Positions 54,176 through 64,000 of a stretch of 64,000 nucleotides of DNA are shown one piece after another. Both the position numbers and the translations under genes were made by a program. This stretch comes from Octopus sinensis. Taxonomy: Eukaryota. The DNA is taken from positions 67,282,464-67,346,463 of the forward strand of contig NC_043011.1 in assembly GCF_006345805.1 (NCBI RefSeq), in the 5' to 3' direction. The notes beneath the pieces are model-generated. The model searched no databases, was not told the DNA's origin, and saw only the letters and a list, made by a program, of their open reading frames with translations. Within the stretch, counting starts at the first letter, position 1, and the number at the start of each line of letters is the position of its first letter.

Positions 54176-55325
54176 CGCACTATATATTTGGTGTTGCTTT
54201 GCTTCAGTGCTATTTATTTTTTACATTAATCTTAATCTTATTTCGGCCAGAGTTCTTTCGTCACACTCCTGTGACCGCATCAGTGGTTCTTCGTTTTCTT
54301 CTTTCTTATTTGTGTCTCTCCTTACTAACCGTCAGCCATTTTGTATTTCTATTGTGTGTCTTCATTTGCGCATGCTTATATCTCTATGTGCGTCTATGTT
54401 TATTTTGTGTGTGTATGGGGGGATGCCTGTAATATTTGTATCTTCTGTTTATATACGTTCATGTAATATGTTTTTGTTGTTGTTTTTGTTTATTCTTATT
54501 TGGTTCATGTGTTTACATCCACTTATTATTATCATTACATATGCTTGTATGTATGTATGTATGTATGTATAACAACAATACTAGTAATAATAATAATAAA
54601 TTTTTTAAAAAATTATATAGTTATTTATTTCCATTTGTTTATTTATCTGTGTATTTATTATGTTTTCGGGATCCTCTACCGTCATATGTTGTGGTGTGTG
54701 CTAGTGTTCCATTCTAGTTTTCTATTCAGGCTAGGTTTATTTTCTATTATGTGTGTAGCTTCTGTAATTTGTCTGATTGTTGCATCTGTTCTATGTGTGG
54801 ACAATATTTTAATGTCTATGTTGTTGATTGATCCCCGTGTTCCTGTTCGGCGTGTTGGTACAGAATCGATGAGCTTTTACTTTCCTTGACTTCTCTCCAA
54901 TGTTCATTTTTTAAAATTTATTATTATTATTACTAGTATTGTTGTTATACATACATACATATGGTTTTTATAATAAGTGGATGTAAACACATGAACAGAA
55001 TAAGAATAAACAAAAGCAACAACAAAAACAAATTACATGAGCGTATATAAACAGAAGATACAAATATTACAGGCATCTCCCCATACACACACTAAATAAA
55101 CATAGACGCACATAGAGATATAAGCATGCGCAAATGAAGACATACAATAGAAATACAAAATGGCTGACGGTTAGTAAGGGGAGATACAAATAAGAAAGGA
55201 GAAAACAAAGGACCACTGATGCGATCACAGGAGCGAGACGAAAGAACTCTGGCCGAAATAAGATTAAGATTAATGTAAAAAATAAATAACACTGAAGCAC
55301 AGTAACAGCAAATATATAGTGCGTG
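54176..55325. repeat. Diverged inverted repeat (arms about 54176-54608 and 54907-55325, spacer about 300 bp)
   Basis: Reverse-complement homology visible throughout and reflected in the near-identical ORF-track peptides on opposite strands. Confidence 0.85.
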
Positions 55326-55457
55326 TGTTTTTATTGGCTAAACTGGCAAAATGACCATTCCGAAGTATAACAATATATATATATAAATATATTTATGTTT
55401 CTATATATACATATGTATATATATATATATATATATTTATTTATTCATTATATTTCT

Positions 55458-55494
<37 letters not shown>

Positions 55495-55526
55495 TTAATT
55501 ATTATTATATTCTACATATATATATG

Positions 55527-55575
<49 letters not shown>

Positions 55576-55615
55576 TATTTATTTATATTTCTATATATTC
55601 ATATGTATGTGTATT

Positions 55616-55647
<32 letters not shown>

Positions 55648-55656
55648 ATATATATG

Positions 55657-55990
55657 TAGGTCCCGGGTTGATTCGGGGTTAACCACAGTAAATAAGGTAT
55701 ACTCAATACATAGCAGAGTAAAATTAATTATTATATAGAAGGAGCTTCTACAGGACTAGAACTGTTTCATTCAAGAGAAATCATCAGGAAGCTCGTTAAC
55801 AAGAATTGTATTGGCATTTATACATTTAGGCAGGTTTAAAGGGGTGGTGGTGGGGGACTTTTTGGGGGTAGGCATAGCGCAAGAATATCATACTTGGGGG
55901 AGTGGTCAAGGAGTCAGTGGTAAATTAGATAAAAGAATAAATAAAAGAATAAAAAAAATATATAGAAGAATAGAGTTTTAGGAAAATAAG
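55657..55990 (-). mobile_element. Hammerhead-bearing repeat (family H4)
   Basis: First 140 bp shared with 62830-62963; starts at the edge of a (TA)n tract. Confidence 0.75.
55742..55794 (-). ncRNA. Type I hammerhead ribozyme (H4)
   Basis: GAGCTTC-CTGATGA-TTTCTCTTGAAT-GAAA-CAG(8 nt)CTG-TA^GAAGCTC; perfect 7-bp stem I, GUA site. Confidence 0.8.
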
Positions 55991-56091
55991 GAGATTCTCA
56001 CTTATACATATACACATATGTATATATATACACACACACATACACATATACATACACACACACACATATATATATACATCTAAATATACAC

Positions 56092-56122
<31 letters not shown>

Positions 56123-56209
56123 TATATATGCATATATATATACACACACACATGTATATATACACACACGACCACACATACATATGATTGATTGATTGAT
56201 TGATTGATT

Positions 56210-59200
56210 CTAGTTTCAGCTTATGAGCTGTGGCCATGCTGGGGCACCGCCATTTGGTGTTGCTACTTGGTTTCACTTCATGGAGGCTTTCTAGCAACTG
56301 CTATTTGGTGCATGAGAGATTCGATGCAGCTGCTGCCCTCATCTGCCCCTCCTGCCTTGAAGTTGGTTCATCTGGGACACCTGACAGGAAGAGATCCAGC
56401 TTCATTTTAAAGACATCTGTATCCACCCCATGCAGGTCTCTCAGGTTCTTCGGGAGGATATTGAAGAGCTGCGGGCCTCGGAAGCCCAGGCTATCACAGA
56501 ATCTTGTCCTACATCTTGATGGCAGGTTTGGAGTCCTAGGCACCACGCAGTGGCGCCCAGTTCTGGCATTTGCGTAACTCTCGATGCCAAAGTTCAGGAC
56601 ACTTCCCTCCAGGATCTTCCAGATGTATATTATGGCATATCTTTCCCGCCTACGCTCCAGGGAATATAGTTTTAATCTCTTGAGTCTTTCCCAGTAGCTT
56701 ACATTCTGCATAGAGGCTATCTTCTTTGTGTAGCTTCGTTGGATCGCCTCAAGTTCTGTGATCAACTTGACACTGGATGGTGACTATAGCTGAGAGCAAT
56801 AGTCAAAGTGGCTTAGGACAAGTCTTCCAGAGGACCATCATGGTTTCTTGTTCTCTTGTTCTAAAGGTTCTAAGAATCCATCCAGCCAGCCGTCTACATT
56901 TCATTGTCAGTTTAGCAACATGTACATGAAAGGTCGCGTCATCACTCATGTGAATACCCAGGTCACGCACTGATTTTGCCTCTGGGATTGCAATCCCTCC
57001 GGGTCCAGTGTATTCATTGGGTATTGCATTCAGTTTTGCATGCTGATAGTATAAAGCTTTGAAATTCCAGCATTGAACTGCATGCTATTCTTTTCAGCCC
57101 ACTTGTATATTCGTCCAGCTCACATTGCAGGTGTTTAGTGTCCTCAGGGTTCTGAATTGCCTGTGAAACTTTTGTATCGTCTGCATAACTTGTGATCGTG
57201 GCTCTCTGCGTGGCTGAGGGCATGTCTGAAAGGGCCATTATGAACAGTAGTGGTCCCAGAACAGTGCCCTGTGGAACACCGCTCACTATTTGTGTGTTAA
57301 TGGAGGTGGCCCCATTGGCTACTACCATGACTTCTATCCTTCAGAAAGTCATGAAGCCATTCTCCCAGTTTTCCAACTATGTTGAGATCACGCAGTTTGT
57401 GACATATCATTCCATGATCGACTTTATCAAAGGCCTTTGCAAAGTCGAGATATACACTTCCACATTTGAGTGGTTGAGCAGCCGTTTCAGCACCCAGTCA
57501 TAGTGTTGTAGGAGCTGAGTTAAACAGCTTCTCCCTGGTCGGAAACCATGTGGGTGTCGGGCAGCAAGTCATTCTCTTCAAGGAAGGTGATCAGCTTCCT
57601 TCTGACTATTCGTTCCATGACCTTGCTGATGTGTGAGGTCAGAGAGATAGGTCTATAGTTCTTGGCTTCCGCTCTGCTACTCCTTTATGAATGGGGCATA
57701 TTTTACCTTCCTTCAGTTTTCTGGAAGTTTGCCAGCTGCAAGGAAGCTCTGAAAGAGGAACTGCAGTGGTCTTGCTAGGACTCTCTTACATGCTTTTAGG
57801 AGGATTGCCGGGAATCCATCGGGGCCAGTAGCTGATGAGTCTGTTCATTTCATCTATAGCCTTGGTTACATCGTCTTCCTTTATATCGATGTAATCTATC
57901 GTCGCCGCCTCTGATTTTATATCTGCAGTGGTAAAAAAGTCAGTTGGATTGGTGATTTGAGATGCCAAGGGGTGGAGTGAAAACACTCTTGAATTGCTCA
58001 TTCAGTATTTCACTTACCCTCATTGGTTTTCCTGTAAGTGTGCCATCCTTTTCGAGGAGAGTGCCCTATTTGCACTGTAGCTGTTTCTTGGCATACCTGT
58101 AGAAAGCTCTGGGGTTAGATTAGTTTTATGTTTTCTATAGCCCAGGCTTCTTTGTCTGCTCTTCTTTTCATGGGAAGTTGCAGACATTTTTCGATTTCCA
58201 ACAGTTTTATTTTTAGGCGGGACTTTTCACTGCTTTCAATCTGTTTGTTTAGGCGATTTGAAAATTTCGTACGCCGTCTCATTAAAATTTTCCTCTCTCT
58301 GGGGATTTGTTCTTGTGTACAGTGGCCTTTCTCTCTGGGACACATTTGTAGCATATGGCTTGCATTACAGACATGAATTGTTGAAGTTTCACGTCGATGT
58401 CTGGCGAGGAGAGACATTTTAGACATTAGGCAGTTTTGTTTGAGGATCTCTTTCTCAATTTGTTTCCAGTTTGCCTTATGGTAGTTCAAGCTGGAAAGAT
58501 TTTGAGGGTTTCTTGTAGGCTGCATGTCCATGCTCTCTTTTGGCCCGTACATGGTCAGCTCTATCATGTTGTGATCCGAGAGTAGTGTCGTGTCACTTTC
58601 ACATTATGGATGAGATCCATGTCATTTGTGAAGCAGAGATCTAGTTGTTACCTGCCCTGGTTGGTTGGAGTATACCTGCTCCATGTACAGGGTGTTGATG
58701 AGGTTCAGGAGGGACCTCGCCTGTCCTCGTTCACATCTTGTCATTCCTGGGAGAGAAAGCCCTCGGGCCATCTGACATTGGGCAGATTGAAGTCTCCCAT
58801 AAGAAGCACACCTATGTGTTGTTCTAATGTGGTTAGAATTTCTTTTTTTTTATAAGGCAGTCTTCAAACTTGCCCACATGGCTTGGGGCATATGGAGGGC
58901 GATATGTAGCACACACAACTACATCAAGTTGCCTAATATGTACAATTAGTGTGCACACACCGAGTTTGAGTATGACAAGAGGACCTGGGGTGTGAGGTCC
59001 TCACGGATGTACATAGCAACACCTCCATGACTCCTTTCTTCCTGTCGGTCCGTAGTAAGCATACTGTGGTATGTGTAACTCCGCATCTGCTATGTCCGGT
59101 TTCAGGTGCGTTTCTGTAAGTGCTATGCCTAAGGCTTGATTGCATGCAACAAGTCTCTCAGGAACGGGATCTTTGTCCTGTTACTGAGTGTTTGCAGTCC

Positions 59201-59930
59201 CTGATGTTCAGTAGGAGTATCGAGGTGAGGTGTACGTTGTTGCCGGCGGTGTCCATCCTGTGTCTGTTTGCTGTGGTGGTCTGGTATATAGTGGGTAGTC
59301 CCACCTGCGGGCTGGGTTTGATGAAGCCAGGTCAGCTGCTGTACAATCTTTTGTGCCATGCACAAAAAAAGATTGTGCTCAGCAGCTCTTTCGACAACAT
59401 CATGTTGGCTGTTTGTGGCGCGCACAAAATCTGCGTACCTCCGCTTTGGGGCAGGTGGTGCGTAGTCCATCCCTTTTCTTTGTGTTGATGGTTGTCTATC
59501 TGCCTCGTGTCTCTGTGGCAGGGTCCCCGATGTGCAAAGCGGCAGCCTGCACCTTCCTTTCCGTGCCAGCAGGAACCTCTCAGGTAGAACATACACACCC
59601 GTGTGCGCTGTTGGTTCCATCCTTTGCGGTTCTACTTCTACTCCTGGTTGTTTCTCTCTTTGCTCCTGCTTGAGAGCTTTTTCTTTTCCTTTAGCTCTTC
59701 CAGTCCTTCTTTAGTTCTTCTTCCTCCCTCTACCTCTTCACTGGGTTCTCCGTCTCCATGGCCCTTGCTGCCGGTTGGAGAACTTGCACCTGGGTTCACT
59801 TCCCGGGCAGGTTTCTCATTCAAAACCTCCTCCTGGGCGTCCACCAGGTGGGGGTGACGTTCTTTCATCGTCTCCATTCTTGCCATCTTTGCCCCGCTCG
59901 TTCTTCAAAATATGGCATCAAGTGCGCCAA
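56210..59930 (-). mobile_element. Near full-length CR1/L2-group LINE with CCCH zinc-finger ORF1 and APE-RT ORF2, multiply frameshifted
   Basis: ORF1 CMFYLRGSCWHGKEGAGCRFAH; APE motifs ALTETHL and GGVAMY-, GDFNL-, SDHNMI-like; RT motifs YRPISLTS-like, SGVPQGTVLGPLLF, YADDTK; C-terminal YWERLKRLKLYSLERRRER; (AATC)n tail 56209-56186. Confidence 0.92.
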
Positions 59931-60084
59931 TGTGCGACCGTACAAGCACAAAAAATATATACATACACACACATACACATACACACATACCAACATATAT
60001 CCACATACACACATGCACACACAAGTCCCTATATACACAGATATACATATATATATATATATACACATATAGTATATATTATAT

Positions 60085-60184
60085 NNNNNNNNNNNNNNNN
60101 NNNNNNNNNNNNNNNNNNNNNNNNNNNNNNNNNNNNNNNNNNNNNNNNNNNNNNNNNNNNNNNNNNNNNNNNNNNNNNNNNNNN
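60085..60184. other. Assembly gap (100 N)
   Basis: Run of N. Confidence 1.
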
Positions 60185-62216
60185 AGACACTTACACGCAC
60201 AGACATTGAATATGAACTAATCACATCCTCTTTACTCTTTCAGGCTTGATGTGAAGGACGGTCTGTTTACCAGAAACACTGACAGCTCCTCTCCGGTGAA
60301 TAAATCAAGACTAAATGAAGAACTGTTCATACACACGCACACACACACACACACAGACACACACACGCGCGCACACACACAAACACACACACACACACAC
60401 ACACATATCTACAGCTAACACATGCATACATCCACATGAACTCAGACATGACGACACACAATAACTCGTAATTATAGAGAAGCTTGCATATGACCCGCGG
60501 TACGTCGTCGATGTCATTCACAGCCGGTTCAGAGATATTTACTATTCGAGCCCGACGAGTGCTAAGACAATGCTATCTTATTTTATGTGTGTGGGTGGAA
60601 ATACACACACACATATATATAAATGTACATATGCATATATATCATTATTATTATTATTGTTATTATTATTATTATTATGATTGGTGGTGGTGGTTGTGGT
60701 GGCTGTTGTCGTAAGTAGCTTGGTTACCAGCCTCATGGTTTCGGTTTCATTCCCACTGCGTGGCACCTTGGGCTTGTACTATAGCCTCGGGCCGACGAGA
60801 AGCCTTATGTGTGGATTTGGTAGACGTAAACTGAAAGAAGCCCGTCGTATATATATGTATATATATATTTATGTGTGTGTCTGTGTTTGTCTCCTTAACA
60901 TCGCTTGACAATCGATGGTGGTGTGTTTACGTCCCCGTAACTAAGCGTTCGGCAAAATGACCGAAAGAATAAGTACTAGGCATCCAAAGAATAAGTCCTG
61001 GGGTCGATTTGCCCGACTAAAGGCAGTGCTCCAGCATAGCCGCAGTCAAATGGCTGAAACAAGTAAAAGATTAAATAGAGTAATAATAATAATTATAATT
61101 ATCATTATTACTGTTGATCATTACTGTGTGAGAGAGCAATCCATGCCATCAAAGTGAACCTGGAGTACAAATATACGAAGCCCAAGCAGGACTACCTCTC
61201 TGATAAGGGTACCCCAGGCACATGCAACATAAACAATTGTGCATGGCATGGTGATCCAGTGTCAAGCCTAACAGCGCATGACCTTGCAGTAGGGGTCCAG
61301 TTAGAATTTTCTTCAGTTCGAGTAGCCTCTCCAGTTCAAAAGGTCCCTGAATAAGGTCTGCTTAAGGATGGTGAACACTCATGTTTCTAGAGGTGAATTA
61401 GTCTAATCCCCAAAAATGGTGCTCCATTACTCTTGTTCGTGATCAGAGATGCGCACGTCGTCAGCCATTAAGCGACATAACTTGCAGATTCAAATGCTAC
61501 AAGCTAAAATCCCCACATACTGGACAAAATGATGCTTATGGGTCCTCTTAGGAGAGAATGTGCGTCTTTAAGGAGCCTTTTTCTCAGGGGCATTATTCCT
61601 CACCAGCTTTCAACAATGGGATGTGGGCCCCACTTGTTAGATCATCAGGGTACCAGGCTTTATTCAATAAACTTGTGGTAACTGCTCAACGGCCCATTTT
61701 CTATGTATGTATGTATTTATCTATACATTATGCGCAATACATATGCATTTTCTTCGTTATCTCTCCATATTTTCCCTGTCAATCCCTTCTGTCGAAGAGA
61801 GTAGGCTCGAAATGTCAAGGTCTATTCCATTCTTCCAGAATTTTACTCTAATACAACTGCTTGTTTTTCCTACTCCTGTCTTCATCTTGTGTTTTATGTA
61901 AATTTGAACTATATATGTGTGAGTGTGTGTTGATCTGCGATTACACGAGTCGTATATGACTCGTACCCATGGGGCTATGCATTGGAACTGAACGCAGGAC
62001 ACTGGCTGGGAAGCAAACTTCTTACCACCCAGCTTTTGCCATGCGTATATGCGAGTACGTGTGCAGACAGATATATCTATCTATATACACGTACACACGG
62101 ACCATATATTTGTCCTGTGTGTGTGCGTATATGCACAGGTGTGTGTGTATGTGTATGTGTGTGTGTGTGCACGCATTAGTAACACCTTGAGAGAGTCTGT
62201 CCTCAAAGTTACTTAC

Positions 62217-62287
62217 CTGTAGTAGAGTAGTTATATGATTAAAGGAGCTACGAATATCGACGAAAGGACATTGCCGAACGCAACTGA
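62217..62287 (-). other. Candidate non-coding first exon (TCAGTT initiator to CAG|GTAAGT donor)
   Basis: TCAGTT at 62287-62282, about 70 nt of unique sequence, then a perfect donor at 62216-62211; only a 7-codon ATG frame inside. Confidence 0.4.
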
Positions 62288-62596
62288 TTTATAAATATAC
62301 CGTATTTTAAAAATAAATTAGTCAAAGATTCGATTAACTCGTTGGTTCGATATCTAATCAACTGGCATTTATTGGAGAAGGGAAATTGAAACCGTCGTGT
62401 TATTACGATTTGCATAATACACTCCCGAGATACACGAGTCAAACATCCCCCCCCCTAGTGCCTCGTTTTATTTACATCCTGTAGGTATTCGGTTGTCCCT
62501 TTGGTCGAGCCAACAAGGTACCTAGATGTAAATAATACGATAGACAAATACAAACATAAATATAATATATATAATAGATATATATATATAAATAAT

Positions 62597-62673
<77 letters not shown>

Positions 62674-62829
62674 ATATATTATGATATGTAGAAAAATACA
62701 AACTGAGACAAGAACGCATAAAAACTTAGAAGACGATACAACAAACCAGACAGGACATTCGAAGCCCTCAGTCTTCAGTCAAGAACCGGATCATCGTAGT
62801 AATTTCGATATATATATATATATATATAT

Positions 62830-63032
62830 AGGTGAGGTCCCGGGTTGATTCGGGGTTAACCACAGTAAATAAGGTACTCAATACATAGCAGAGTAAAATT
62901 AATTTATTATATAGAAGGAGCTTCTACAGGACTAGAACTGTTTCATTCAAGAGAAATCTTCAGGAGCTTCCTGAAGATTTCTCTTGAATGAAACAGTTCT
63001 AGTCCTGTAGAAGCTCCTTCTATATAATAAAT
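62830..63032. mobile_element. Family H4 copy with fold-back (62900-63032) centred on hammerhead stem I
   Basis: TCTTCAGGA-GCT-TCCTGAAGA centre; arms are exact reverse complements; (TA)n flanks. Confidence 0.85.
62964..63016 (+). ncRNA. Type I hammerhead ribozyme (H4)
   Basis: GAGCTTC-CTGAAGA-TTTCTCTTGAAT-GAAA-CAG(8 nt)CTG-TA^GAAGCTC. Confidence 0.8.
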
Positions 63033-63131
63033 AATATATATATATTATATGTGTGTGTTGTGTGTGTGTGTGTGTGTGGTGTGTGTGTGTGTGTGTTGTG
63101 TGTGTGCGTGCGTGGTGTGTGTGTGTATGTA

Positions 63132-63704
63132 TAAAAGATTAATCAAAGGACATACTAGGTACTTGAAATAACAGTCAAAACTCTTATTAAATCGACAATA
63201 AATACACCGATGAAAACTACAGAAATCAAACGAAGGTAAAATCAGGTTAAGACAATCTACTAACATACATTTAAGTATTTGGACTCGCGTGGATCGATTT
63301 CTGCATTGGTAAAATAAAACCTTAGCTTCTTCAGCGACTGATACCATGATTAGAGACTCCCAACCTATCGCTTCAAAGTCTCTGCTGCAACTGATTCGTT
63401 TCCCGCCGGTGTTATGATTTCGGCGGGAAACGAATCAGTTGCAGCAGAGACTTCGAAGCGATGTGTTGGGAGTCTCTAATCATGGTATCAGTCGCTGAAG
63501 AAGCTAAGGTTTTATTTTACCAATGCAGAAATCGATCCACGTGAGTCCAAATACTTAAATGTATGTTAGTAGATTGTCTTAACCTGATTTTACCTTCGTT
63601 TGATTTCTGTAGTTTTCCTCGGTGTATTTATTGCCGATTTAATAAGAGTTTTGACTGTTATTTCAAGCATGTTGACATACCTAGTATGTCCTTTGATTAA
63701 TTTT
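63132..63704. mobile_element. Fold-back element, about 275-bp arms with 12-nt spacer
   Basis: Left arm 63132-63408 is the reverse complement of 63421-63704 with a few substitutions and one short insertion. Confidence 0.85.
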
Positions 63705-63842
63705 AACCCCCCGGCTATTTAATGCTATTTTTCGGCCTGCTATCGCCTGTGTCATTGATTCTGTTATTATCATTTTTTAAATTGTTACATTGGATAATAA
63801 TAGAATTAATGACACCTCTCTAAATTAATTTTGGGTATATAC

Positions 63843-63874
<32 letters not shown>

Positions 63875-64000
63875 GGGGGAGGGAGGAGAGAAAAAGATAC
63901 ATACACAGGCAGACAGACAAGTAGATAGATAGAAAAACGTATGCACACAGACTAGAAACATTGCACACACACACACACACACACACACACAGATGAATAC

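Noticed and set aside
61800-61840. CCTT-CTGTCGA-AGAG...CTC-GAAA-TGTC-AAGG as a hammerhead
   Set aside because: Core lacks the conserved A6 and stem II register is off; at most a relic.

Overview
AT-rich, microsatellite-dense eukaryotic DNA. The SINE, LINE and microsatellite content looks like an Octopus genome (inference from recall of repeat consensus; no search run). Almost all entries in the ORF track are microsatellite or transposon artefacts. Read by hand, the window contains one convincing host gene that the ORF track does not assemble: a three-exon minus-strand gene (52248-52194, 48359-48266, 43712-43619) with TATA box, canonical splice sites, matching phases and an intact 80-aa frame encoding a signal peptide plus a 62-aa mature peptide with six cysteines, which I cannot assign to any family. 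The second theme is a set of short non-coding repeat families carrying type I hammerhead-ribozyme folds (with compensatory base changes between copies), arranged as tandem and fold-back structures inside (TA)n tracts, near a Penelope-like RT/GIY-YIG relic. The rest is retroelement and DNA-transposon debris: stacked R4/Dong-like RLE LINEs in (AAT)n tracts, a near full-length CR1-like LINE whose 3' tail matches a SINE family, an ORF1-only L1/Tx1-like element, RTE, hAT and mariner relics, MITEs, four tRNA-derived SINE families, a 1.05-kb triplicated segment and a 100-N gap. Repeat boundaries are approximate.
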